Shown in pieces: positions 32,748 to 48,712 of a stretch of 64,000 bases of DNA (position 1 is its first letter; the number at the start of each line of letters is the position of its first letter). Source of the stretch: Nitrospirales bacterium (lineage in GTDB: Bacteria > Nitrospirota > Nitrospiria > Nitrospirales > UBA8639); assembly GCA_965203295.1 (NCBI GenBank), contig CBDBCZ010000014.1, positions 32,001 to 96,000 on the forward strand, read 5' to 3'. Under the pieces are notes generated by a model, which ran no database searches, was not told the origin of the DNA, and was given only the letters and a program-made list of their open reading frames with translations. Position numbers and translations under genes: made by a program.

Positions 32748-35700
32748 TCAGAAGTCTTCAATATCTTCCACTAGCACGGCTTCACCACTCGTAACATTCC
32801 TGTCAAAGGTCAGCCTCAGGCACTGGACTTTAGGCAGGGGTTGAGCTAATGAGTCTCCACTCTGGCCTGCAGCATCGTCAGCACCATCCTCATTATTGGC
32901 AACCAGCTCCTCTAGCTCTGCAATATTCACCTGTGGAACAGTTCTTCTCCGAGTGCATGTACTTGTATAGCAGTGGACTAGACACTGTTTGATCTTCCTC
33001 ATAGTCTGTGGCAGGTGGCTGCGAAAGTGGTATATCAGAATTCCGATGAACGTTGTATAAGCCACGCCTAATGAAATGCTGCTGACAACATCTTGCGATA
33101 CTCCCTCACTGCTAACAGTTTGAATGTATAGAGAGGAAACTGACAGTATCCCAAGATTTAGAAAGAATGAAGCTTCTAGGGTATCCAAAAGCCAGTTTTT
33201 ATAGATTCCGGAAGCAATCCACTTGAAACCAAGCAGGAGCATAACCATCATGGAAACAAACAGCAGATTCAGAGATGTGTCTCCAAGAGAGTTGGCTGCA
33301 AATGCTATGAAAAGAATGATGCGAACCAGAAACAAAAACCCTGCCCAGAACCGATATTTATCCTTGTAGGGTCCAGTATGGGCATCCAAGAAGGGCTTGA
33401 TCTTCCTCAACCATGACAGCAGCCTGTAGTCATGTGATCTTGGCCAAAGACATTGCAAAAAGAGGAGCAGTGCTGTGTAGGGAAGAGAGAGCACAAGAAG
33501 AAAGACCAGAGCTACCAGGAAGAGAGGAATGTGCTTGCCAGTTAGATATTGGACATTAGCATCAGCTAGCCAGATGAACTTGGTCGATTTGTCTGGATAG
33601 ATCAGGGTGGTAAACGATAGAGCTGTAATGATGGTACGAAGGATCTTTGTGTAGGAGAGTAATAATAGAGTAGCGAGAACTCGGACAGAATTGTTCCTTC
33701 CAAAGACTTTACCGGCAATCGTTGAGTAGCGACTTGAAACAATCATGAATATCACCATGCCCCAGATGTAGAGAGGAAACACAAACTGCAGCCATGTCCT
33801 GGTATACATGTCCATGCCATCGTAGAAACACGTTTCGATTCCTAGGTCCAGGTTTAACCAGGCAATAAAGATGGAAAAGATGTGCAAGCTTTTGGATCGG
33901 AAAAAAATAGCTTTGTTCACATGAACTATATTGGCATAGAAAACAAGTCCACTGATGGTTCCTTCAGAAACTGTGAGATTTACTGCAGTGAGGGCAAAGA
34001 TGAGGATCACACCAGCAAGCAAAAACACCAGAATCAGTGTCAAGTAAACATTGGAGCAGTCAAGACACCTGGATGTTGCTAACGAAAGGCTAAGTCCTGG
34101 TTTGCAAGCCCCACATAAAGTGCCAGAGCGATTAAATGCACACTGTTCATCTGGAAAATTGAGGTTGATATCTATATCCTCACTTCTGCAATAGTCAAAC
34201 GGGCAGTGCTCATGGAGCAGAACACCTGGAATAGAATGTTGTGAGGTTTCATTTGCGTCTAAACCATAGTATCCAATCCATACCGTTGCAGGTCGACGTA
34301 TCATACCATGACCACTATTACAATCAGCAACAAGGTTGATAATTTCATCAACACAGTCGCACTTGATTTGTGGAGGTGCTCCCTTCAATGTGAATCCAGG
34401 CGGACAGGTAAGGAGTGTTACATACAATGTGGGTGGATGAGTATTAGAGAGTGCATTCTCAGCTTTATCTGGACTTTCTGCAGTAAGCATTAATTCTCCT
34501 TCACCTTTATTAGAGAATATGGTGTAATGTAGGTTTGTACACACATTACCAACTTCTTGTGATATCTGAGGCTCATCCAACTGGTGTGAGCCTGAATCAT
34601 CTACTAACACTGCAGCTACAACTCCGGGAATGACTCCATCTCTTTGACCAACTACTACTGCTGAAAGCGTAAACACATCACCTGGGTAAACTGAGACTTG
34701 CCTACGTTTTTCACTACAGTCTGGGTGGTCGTTTTCACAAAGGCATACAAACATTGGATCCGATGAAACAACTGAGAGGCCACTTTGGTAGAATTGAAAG
34801 AGTAAATTAAATAACCGTGTGCCATTGTTAGCGAGCTGTTCTTGGATTTGTTCACAGGTTTCTCCAGAAATAGTGCATTCCACTTCATTCGTATATGATT
34901 CACTTAAATACTGCTGACGTGAATTGGAAGGATAACATGTATCTACATATCCTCCAAACAGAGCACTCCCTGCATGTTTAGCTGTGTTGTTTGTAAAAAT
35001 GAATTGGGAGAGTATTTGGGATGAATTGAGGTCGGGATAGTTGAGGTTAAAGAAGCATTTTGAACTACCTTCACCTTGAGGATTGCATTCTCTCCCCTTG
35101 ACATAGATTGCACCCCCAGCGTAGCGAGCATGGTTGTCTGTAAAGAAGATATTGGTGGCTCGTTCAAGATACAAGTAAGAGTCTGTACAGAGTTCAATAC
35201 CAGCACCTTTGAAACCACTGTTGTTGTGAAAACTGATGTTACCTTCAAGGAACAGTTTTGAACCAAACATTTTCAGAGCCCCAACTTCATTGTTGTAAAA
35301 ATTTCCATTGATAATTGTAACATTCTGAACACCATTCAGTACAATTGCTTTACCATCACATTTTGGACATGCCTTTATTTGCCCACTTGGCTTGCTATCA
35401 TACACAGATAAATTTATAAATGCAATGCTGAATTCAACAGGCTGCAGTATATCATCTTGTACTAAGATTGCACTGGCTTGTGAGGCAGTGTTGTTGCTAA
35501 ATGTGCAGTTTATCATTGTAACATTCCAGAGCTGACTGACAAGAGCACGTGCAACCCTTAGTGGTGAAATATTTATGTCTAAACCACCACCATATTTAGC
35601 ACTGTTACCAAAAAATGTCGTGTTTATGAATAAGATTTGATCCAAGCCATTTTGATCTGTTTGAATATTAGGTTGATCATCGGATAAGCCCAGATATAAT

Positions 35701-36102
35701 CCTCCACCATTGCGTGCTATTCCATATATCCATCTCTGGCATAATGAGACCAAACTCTGCTTGTCTGGTTGTATTACTACCTGCTAACGTGAGGTTGGAT
35801 ATATTGTTGAATTCAACAATATACTCTCCGGGGCCCATGTCAATAAGATGTATACCTGGAAGGAACTGAATCCAGGTGTTTGAAGTGAAGTAATAAGAAT
35901 TGTTTTGGAGATAGTAGTCGAATGTGTAGCAGGGATAGTCATGATCAAGGCACAGAGTGTCTGGGTCAAAGCTTGTATCACTGATGTTGGAGGAATTAGT
36001 GGGTTTTACGTAGTAGATGTTTTCTGCAGTGCACAATAGCATTAGGTTGGGAGTGCAACCCACAGCAACTGCTATCAAAATCAACAGATATGCCGGCTCC
36101 AT
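32748..36102 (-). pseudogene. Receptor A2 pseudogene: 906-bp internal deletion plus 7-bp filler causing a frameshift
   Basis: N-terminal ORF 35677-36102 matches A3 up to GLIMPE and then goes out of frame. The rest (ORF 32748-35753) is in another frame. The junction at 35725-35733 corresponds to loss of A3 positions 51682-52587. Confidence 0.9.
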
Positions 36103-36324
36103 TCAAGTTTGTGTCACATTGACAGCCTACGTAAAAGAATCATTAGCAATAATTCCACACACAAAACTATACATACAAATGCAGACAAATAAGCTTTATC
36201 ATTTGTAAGTATAAGTATATTGGATAGATACCTGGCTATAGGGATTTAACCGTAATTATGTACAATTCATTAATGAGGTAAAAACCATTGACGCATATGC
36301 CTGTTCGTCCAAGGATTTTATGTG

Positions 36325-36555
36325 AGTTGAATCCCTCTGGTAGTACCCAGCCTTTTGATAGCCTCACACTTCTTGATCACTTAAGTATACGTATAGGTGA
36401 AATCTCCCTGGCAGTACCTGGTGCTTTGATAGCTGTGGGGAGGCCTGGGAACCAGGCTACTTCTTGATTGCTGATATAGTCTAAGTAGGCTCAATCACTC
36501 AGGTAGTGCCCAGTGCTCTGATGGCCTTGAGCTTCTTGATTGCCTAAGTAGGTTA
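36325..36555. repeat. Three diverged ~70-bp tandem units upstream of A2 (also ~53180-53410 upstream of A3)
   Basis: The pattern AATC...GGTAGTACC...TGATAGC...CTTCTTGAT...TAAGTA recurs three times; the middle unit carries a GCCTGGGAACCAGGCTA fragment. Confidence 0.6.
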
Positions 36556-37548
36556 AGGTTATGAGATATAGGAATCATAACGATATTTGTAAAGAGTAAA
36601 TTTTTCTAACCATGTAATGAGACATTCTAGGTAGCTTTCCACTACTGCATTTTGAGTGAAGCCCTGTGTACATTTAACATGTGCCTGCACTTGTAAGGAA
36701 CCCACAAGAATTTAATTAGCTATACAATGTAGTTTACAGGTTCCAGAGAATATTTATGGCCCGAAAATCACTATGTATATCATAGGCAGTGGTGGTATAT
36801 TACCATTTACGGTAACTGCAGCACATACTGGAGGGTACCGGTATGGTGAAAGACTTTGTGGGCATCTTGTGGGATTCCTGAAATGTGGCCCCACATAGTC
36901 AATAATCTTATGCTTTTCCTCAAGTGCTAATAAACAATACCTTTAAGGTATTCCTAAGTCGCTCTATATAGTTATCTTGCCTGACTGACCCTGAGGGCAA
37001 TACCTGGTGCGAGAGTTTGTGGCATGTTGCCATTTTGATATCTTACAACCATGCAGTTTGTACTACTAAATAGCTATTGACTTATTGTACTAACTGTGCT
37101 GTAAAAAGTATACAGCTATGTACTGGTACAGCAGGTGATGAGATATTTGCGAAATATTTGTGGTATCCCTCACACTTCTTTTTGATTGTTTACATACCTG
37201 TAGTCTAAGCAACATAGACACCTGGCTCTCTGGATTTAACATACGTAAACATCCCATGGAGCCTCCAATTTAAGTGTTCTCAAATTACTAGCCAGGCAGA
37301 CACAGTTTATCTTATACTAAACACCTGTGGGAACTGAGGAAGTGTTCATTGGATCCAGTATGAGAAAACAAACTGGAGAACTGGTCGCATGAGCAGGTAC
37401 ACTTGCAAAGTAATGACAAATACATATACCACATGCATGCCAAAAAATTTAATATGACTGCTGCATATATGGCGCCGGTTGTCTGGTAGCTATACTAAGT
37501 ATTCAAACAACTCCATTGGGAAATTATCAGACCAGTGGGTTGTTGTTG

Positions 37549-38000
37549 TTATCCCACGCGTATGCGGCAGAGTTAAGGGATTGGTTCTGTCCGTCTGTTT
37601 GTCTGTCGTCTGTCTGTATCACAATTTACAGGATTCAGTGATTGCTAAACGTGACAGTAACATTGATATCTAAAAAAATGCTCAAATGATAGTCGCCAAC
37701 TTGGTTCTATTCGCTGCATCTCCACATGTCTAACAATAATGGTGCGTTTTGCCATTATTTTATTACGGTCACAACTAGAATATGACAGGGGCCAGGCTAT
37801 AGACACGAATTCATATTGGCGAATACGTAGTCCGTGTCGACCACAATTGGTCGTGCCCACAGCATGAATATAGGGTATACAGCTACCCAACCAGCTGCAC
37901 TGTACCAACGGCTCCATCAACCAAGTCTGCAGTCCAGCCAGGTCCCAGTTGTAAATAATGCAGCGTGGGCTACGTATGTCTCTGCTAGAGACTTTTAGTT
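37549..38000 (+). mobile_element. Helentron/DINE-1-like non-autonomous element
   Basis: Starts TTATCCCACGC with an inverted GCGTGGG near the 3' end. Internal (GTCT/GTCC) microsatellite and terminal stem-loop GTCTCT-GCT-AGAGAC followed by TTTTAGTT. Confidence 0.6.
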
Positions 38001-38609
38001 ATCGTTTTTATAATGAGTGAACCCAGCAAAGCTGGAGGTAAGTTGATGTGTGTTTGTGTCTCAAGGGAGTTCATCAAGGTGAAAAAATGTCGCTAATTAA
38101 TGCATTGCCAACGTGTTTTGACATTCTTAGTCAAGTATGCGAACTAACAGGTTTGCTATTAAAGTACTGGAGGATAGCAGACCATAGCAACACCTGCATA
38201 CATATATCAACATAGCTAGCACTAACGTGGTGCACAGTACAAGAGAGCGAATAGCCATCTACACTGTTCCATCAAAGGGCGAATGGCGAAACTTTAACTC
38301 AGGGCTAATAGTCACTAAATAACTAGCAATAGCCTAAATCAGTTAGAAGCCTCAACCAATGGGTTCTTCGCTATTTAGAACCCTTGTTTTGCTTGGGACA
38401 CCACAGCCTCAGGCCTTGAACCGTGAGTGTCTGGGATACCGAGACTTCCTTAGTAGCCTTTGCTGAATTCGTTTCAGTGCCCAACTATTGTTAAAACTTA
38501 GCTCATGATCACATCACTTTAAAAAAATTCCACATGACAAAATTTCCAGGTGTTAGAAGAGTTTCCTTGACAAAAGTATGATTGTGAAGGCTGATATCCA
38601 ACAAAGATA

Positions 38610-41540
<2,931 letters not shown>

Positions 41541-43930
41541 CTATAGTATAGTAGCCTCGTTCCCAGTTTCCACTTTTATAAATAAAAAACGCTGTCTGGA
41601 TTGTAGCCCAGTAACGGTTTTTCCATGATCCGTGATCCAGCTATAATAGCTTACGTGTTCCCAGTACGGTAGTACCCGCCCGACGGAAAGAAGTCAATTT
41701 TTTTGTCCTTTTTGCGGCAGATACTGCAGTGCTGGGAGGACGTTGGAGATGGCTATAGCTAGACTAAATTAAACCGTGTAAATAATATGCATCAATGCAA
41801 GATCAATATACCACTACATGTAAGCTTATACATGTAGCTACAGTACGTAGACCTACTTTGTTCCGTTTGGCTTCTGCTGCCGCAACAATTAAACGCGAAA
41901 TCTCGTACAAATCTGCTGGAATCCCTTGAAATCTTGGTAAACTTGAATCTCAGAATCTTGGCTGAAATCTATCTGAAAACAACAACGCAAGCGCATTTAT
42001 AGGCTATTAAGTATATAGCACAAAATAATTACTACGATTCGATAGAAGTTCGAAAGCGATCACGTGGGTGGTTACTTATTAATAAGGTAGGAAGACCAGG
42101 TTCAACATCCGCCGATTAAACCGTCACATGATTCTTCGCCGGCTCGATGCGCTCCTGTTCCAACTCAGAACTCTGTTTCCCAACTATTAAAAGCGCAGGG
42201 AGTGGAGGAGTATTCGGTGTTGGGCCTCTAAGGATTGGAAACGTGAAGTTGCTATGCTGAAGTTTCTTTCATAACATAATTTGTTAGTATGCCACAAAAT
42301 TATAGTTGGATTCAGCTATCCAGTTCATAGAAATTATAGATTATATACTAGAGTATTCAGTGAAACGATTGTCTTGTAAAATTTTGAAGTAGCTAAGCTT
42401 TGCACTACCGCCTCGCTTGTAGGATCTTCAATACCATCAACATTCGGATGTCCAGCATGTCATTCTGAAATAAGTACATGTATAGCACAAAACTATTAGC
42501 CTCATGCATATATGCATCGACAGCCTTAATCTCATTCCACTGACTAATGTATATTGGATCAACTGACCTGAGTAAAAGTGCATGTACAGTACTCTAAACA
42601 TCTTGTGTAGGGCTTACTGAAAAAAAAAAAAGCAGTAGTGAATCTCATGGTATCAATTAGTTAAGTGAGTAATACCAGTTTACTTGCTGTCAGTGCAGTT
42701 AACTCATCATACAAACAAATACACCACAATCACTCCTTGGTAGCCAAACACTCTATTTGTGCATTGCAGTATTGCTCAGCACAAGTACCGTGGGCCTTGA
42801 GGAGTGGAGCTGTTGCCTTTCTGCTGAGTGATGACGATACACTGGAGTCGTTGAAATTCCATGTTGTGTATGGAGTCACACGTAACAAGTGCTCTCGAAA
42901 AACAGATGTGCAAACTTGGGCAGAATTGCATCTAGTTCAGTTTGCAAGAGCGTGAATGTTGCACTATTTGGGGGCTTGTACAGCTCTAAATCTGATGAAG
43001 CCAAAGTAGTTCCTGCAAGTAGCTCCTTAGTTTTGTGTTCCATCCTGTACAGGAAATAATTGCATGGTCATGCCTTTGACACAAATACTGTTAACTCTCA
43101 CCTTCGTTCTGTCCTCACAGGTATACTGTACAGTCCATTCAACTATAGCTAAAGGGAACTTGTAACCAGATGCTGTGACCCAACTACTGCAGAAAAACAT
43201 ACAGACCTTGCATGTGTCCCATTCTCATTCCAGATTCTCATGAAGGCTTACTGGGCAGGTCTTTCACAAACCTCAGCATGGTGTGCTCATGATAATTCTC
43301 TCTCTCCACCTATTTATTTTGGTTTGAGGTTTATATCATTGGTGACCAACCAACCATCCTCATGAAACCTTTCTCAGTGGCATGAGCAGACTGACTCTCA
43401 CAAACCTCAGCATGGTGTGGAAACTAGGACACTGGGCACTGGCAAAATGGGAAGACTGGAAACACTGAAAAGATGGGCTAGTCAGGACATAAAGGTTATT
43501 ATGACCTAGTGATTTGAAGGTGTAGTTATGCCATCAGTTAGGTATATTATACAAAGTCAAAGGCACTGCCCCATGCAAAGCCCTGAACTATTAAGACTTT
43601 GTTAAAATTACTTCACCATTATCTTGTGACCTTTGACACTATCTGTGCTCAGCTTAGCTATGTATGCGAGCTATCCTGCACTTCAATTTTTCAGGGAAGT
43701 CTATATAGGCACTTTAAGTCTAAGAATGTGCAGTGTTAATCATGAGTCAATAGTCTAGCAGAATAGGCACGTTCTACTCAATTAGCCAGCTATGTGTTAC
43801 TACCAAAAGTGATGTCATTTGCATGCTAGCAGTTGCATGTACAGTGGAACCCCTCTAATGTGAACACCTTTAAGACTCTCACTGAAGAGAGCACACAGAT
43901 TCTTTCAGTATTGTTGGAAGAATTAGAAAG

Positions 43931-45697
43931 TGTAGTAACTACAGACTGATTGTTGTTTTATATCACCTGTTAAATAGATCTGATTACTGTAGTACATGCA
44001 ACACACTTGCAGCACTCATGCACTCCATACTTCCTTGTTTGGTTACAATTAGTATGCAGTGAGTTGTGTCTCATGCTCCTTCCTTATCTCTTTCACACCC
44101 CTGGTTTGTATATATGTACTTCCCACACTTCCCTTCTGGACAATACTTTATCAGTGTTTACGTAGTAGTCTAGGTCTCGATGACCCCCAAGGATTTTACC
44201 AACCACTCCCACTTTGACCAAGTGAATGAGAACCGACAATGCAACAGCAAACTGCCGTACAGGGGAACCTGCTAGCTAAGGGATGGAAAGATACAGACAA
44301 GCTGCATTCTCTCTCACATGCCCTATAAACCGTGCGGAGGAATACGTGAAGAAGAGCTTCCAGTACCTGCATATATAGCTGACTGTGGGAGTCGTAGTGG
44401 CTAGGAGAACGATCACCAGTGCACCTTCAAGATGCCTACATGGTGGGTGACTATTTTACACAGATGGATGGAAGTGTACCCGATCTATAATCAAGAGATG
44501 GCAACGGTGGCTCATGTGTTGGTAGACCAGTAATTCTCTGTGCCAGAACAGTTGCACTCCGACAAAGGCAGACAGTTTGAGTTCGATCTCATCGCGGAAA
44601 TATGCAAGACCTTGCGAATCATTGAGAAGACCCCGACCCCCTACTACCCACAATGTGACGGCCTGTTCAAGCGTTTCAAACGCACACTTTTGGAAATGTT
44701 GGCTACCACCACCCGTGACCACCCCTTTGACTGGGAGAATCAGATCCGGAAGGTCTGTTTTGCCTATACATCATGAGCATGCAGTCCACCACTAGTACTC
44801 TCCCTTCTTCCTTGTGTTTGGTCACCGGGCCCGAGTTCCAGTCGATATCATGTATGTCACCGACAAACCCAGCGAGACAACCCACGGAGAATTTGCCACC
44901 ACGCTTCGGACAACCTTGGAAAATGCAAAAAGTCTAATCATAATCAAGACTGGAGCAAATCAAGAGAGGCAGTAGTTTTACAACCGCAAAATCCATGGTA
45001 AACCCCTCTCTCCTGGTGACCAGATGTAGCTGTTCTCTCCGGTAGTACGTACCACTTGAGAAACTCCATCACCATGGACAGGACCATGGGTTGTAGCCAA
45101 ACGGCTATTAGATGCAGCATATCGTATCCAATTACTGTCTGGTCACAGGAAACGAGCAGTAGTGCATTTCGATCGTCTGGAGCTTCGCCCTCCAGAGATG
45201 CGTCTCACCAACACTGCCCGTCAGTTGGACGAAGACAACCGAACCCCCATTCCATCCCGAATATATAGTGCCGGGCACCTCAGACCTGGAGCTCTTCGAC
45301 CAGCTTAAACCTGAGCCTCGATCCACCCTCTCCCACCTGCATGCAACCACCGCCAAGACGTTACCCCCAACAAACTCGAACTATCCCCAATTACTATTCC
45401 CCTTCTCTCTTTCATTAGCTCTGAATACGGGACATAATTTCCTTGAGAGGGAGCAATGTAGTAACTACAGACTGATGCGTTTGTTTGTATCACCTGTTTA
45501 GTGGTTCTGATTACTGTAGTACATGTATCGCACATGTAGCACTCATGCACTCCATATTTCCAATGTTTGAATATGTGCCATGAGTGCTCCTTTATCTCTT
45601 TCACACCCCTGGTTTGTATACATGTACTTCCCACACTGACATGCTTCCCTTCTGGACAATACTTTATCAGTGTTTATGTAGTAGCATAGGTCATACA
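43931..45697 (+). mobile_element. Duplicated copy of the internally deleted Gypsy LTR element
   Basis: LTR starts at 43931 and 45457. Integrase relic PEQLHSDKGRQFEFDLIAEICK...YPQCDGLFKRFKRTL. Same flanks as copy 1. Confidence 0.88.
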
Positions 45698-48600
45698 AGA
45701 TATGATGAAATGGACATTCTCCCTTACTGCTATACAGTTGTATTTAAGTTACCATCTGCTTGAATTTACCGTATACACACTTACATAATACCCACACCTC
45801 AGGAGAACTTCTTGCAATTACTTAATATTCTAATTATGCATATGGCCTAAAAAAAGAGAGAGCCGATGTGCAAAGATGTCTTCGACACATCCAGTCGAGA
45901 AAATGAAAGCACGAAGAAACTGATCCATAGATATTGTTTTACTATACCAGTTACTACACCAGCACTCAGTATTCATGCTATGTAACATTTCACGACGTGT
46001 TTATTAGCACTCAATGAATATAAGCACCCTGCGATGATTAGCACCCATTTCCACTACTAATTTAGAAAATAGGCACTGGTGCTTAGTATCCTGATTATTA
46101 CCTTCTTTTGGTTAATCTTCAGGGTCTCAGTATAGACAGAACTTCAGCTGCAATAAATTTACACAAATAGCTAACCTACTAATCTACTTTAGCATACTGT
46201 AATGATATCATTGATATGCATCCATGCACATGTCACTGTATATAGTACTCAAAAAAGTAGCTTAGCGGCATGGTTTATTCGGTTCCTGTAGTTGCAAAGC
46301 GTGTAGGCAGCTATATATGCTCAATCGCCTGTCCTATAAGGAAGCAGCCCAAAAGTTTAGGTGTTCATTTGTCATGCATGAGTAACACTAATAAGTCTTG
46401 TATGAAAAGTCTACCGAGTGTAACGTGTAGGCGGTCATTAGTTAAACCATGCCACCAAGGGCTGTTGGGATTAATAGCACAGGAGTGCAATAACTAATTT
46501 CAACCCAATGGAGGGTTCTAATTATTTCTAATTAGTTATTACAACTGAGAGTGCACTCTCAAATGCCATACAGCATGGCTTTCTGTGCATGTGCAGCTTA
46601 TCATCAGCGGCTTCCTTCAAGTGTGCAGCTCGTAACCACACGGCAATATAAGATATTGCCCTACTCTGTGGTAAGTCACACAGTAATAACCTGCTCCGCT
46701 ACAGAACATTGCCCTTTGATAGTATGGCTTCCAAGCATTTTTAAAAATACTCCAACTACATGCATATGTATACCCGTACCTTCTTTTGTTCCAGAGTCTC
46801 AGTGCAGAAACTTCCATAAATTTACACAACCAACTAACTTCCAAGAGAAAGCATACTGTACCGGTACCGTGCACGGCAAATTATTACGAGAAACAACATC
46901 CGGTGACATAAAAATTTGCCATCGCTATATACGAGACGGGAGCTACCCAGATCGGTACGAGAAAGCCAACAAGCACCCTCTACGGAAGAGAGTGAAGTTT
47001 TTCGCGTAGAAGGGTGTAAATCTCTTTAATGTCGACGGATCATCAAGTAGCTAAGTATGCAGTATAATAGTCAGTTGTGAGTACCAGGTACTGCTCACTG
47101 AATTTTAAAATAATTATTCTACCAACTGTTAGAGAAAGATGCTCAGCTGGGTGAGAGGCTGGTTATTATCTCTTAGAACGCCATGGGCACATTTATGTGA
47201 CCATATAAAATAGAAAAAACATGTACTCTATATTAGCGCCTAATATAAAAGGGCCAATATAAATTCACATTAGCCTTATGGATGTAATAAAAGTTGGCTG
47301 GGAAAGATCCTGATCAAAGAAAGCGTATTGTTGGCACCATGCATATGTTGGCCATTTGGGGATGCACTGTTTGGACCCTAGGTCTATTATTAACGTGACA
47401 GGTATGACTTGATGCACCTGAAGCATGCGGCCAATCTCTGTTACTGTGTCGGACATCATGATGTCCAGTTCGAATTCCTCAGACCCTTTGGTACGTAGTG
47501 GTGCTCGGATTTTCCATTGTCCACATTGCTGGGCGGGGCTTAGGGAAAGGGCGGGGCTAGTACAAGGTGTGTTGCTGGGTGGTTGGGGCTGATACCCAGT
47601 CGAGAAAAGTCGATGTGAAGTTCAGTCTTGTTGCTGAAAGTAGCTTAAACGTAAAACGCTAACGTTTTTATCAACACAAAAAATGACGACCCCCTCAGAT
47701 TTACACGAAACTTGGTACATATGTACCCTATGTGAAATTATTAATACACAGTGATTATTAGCCTCATACGTGGTATGGCTTCTGTGTTACAGCCAGACAA
47801 AAACTCAATTTTTTCAGCTACCTGTTTCTACATAATTGACCATAGCTTTTACTACAATTGTCTGTGCAAGATGAAAATTGCACCATCTTGTACCTTAGTA
47901 GATACCCTTTTAGCTGATATATTGCAAGTGATAATTTGATTATGTTGAGGTCAAAGGTCATGGTTTATATACTTGACCTTTGCCCCCTTGAAAAAGCAAT
48001 TGTTCTAGTTTTTTTTCCAAATGTTCTCTAGATCTTCATGTCGAGATGGTATTATTTTAATTTTGGGCCTGCATGGGATTAGGAGATACAGAGAGTAGAG
48101 TAATTAGCCAGTAGGGTGTTTTTCATGTATGTCCACCCCATACTGGGATTTGTTTCGGTGTGAGGTCCAGTACTACATGATCTGCATGGGTGAGTAGACT
48201 GATTTAATACACTCATTATACATGTGGTGAGTTATAGTTTGGTACATTCCTGAAAGTAGATGGGAGTAAAGTTGCACAAATCCACAAGATTCCCGCAATC
48301 AAACAGAGCTCTCACACACATTTTCATTCATTTTTCTGACTATTACTTCTAACACAGACTCAGAGGAATGCAGCTCTTTGTAAACATTGTCCAGAAATCA
48401 AACGCAATTATATAGCTTTCTAATAGTGTAATAATACATATCACAGTTCCATGATTGCAAGAATATCTTGTGCAAGTAAAGTGCCTACAGATTTTATAAA
48501 AGACAAAATAAGCCAAACAAAAATATAATCCAAATATAAATGGTGTTTGCAGTACATACAAGAAATAATTATTAACAATAAAGCAAAATGAAAGTAGGGG

Positions 48601-48712
48601 GTGAGAAATTGTCATGTGCTGTGTCAAGTGGAGTACAAAACTATAACTTTGCAAGGAACAGATATGTATGCAAGAGTGGTATTTGTACAAATTACTGTGA
48701 ATAGTATGTCAA

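Noticed and set aside
32748..35753. 1001-aa ORF as an intact gene
   Set aside because: It is the out-of-frame remainder of A2 after the deletion; no signal peptide and a non-ATG start.
42780..43190. Minus-strand exon-like segments with GT/AG signals in the spacer between duplication copies
   Set aside because: I could not join them into an open, recognisable protein.
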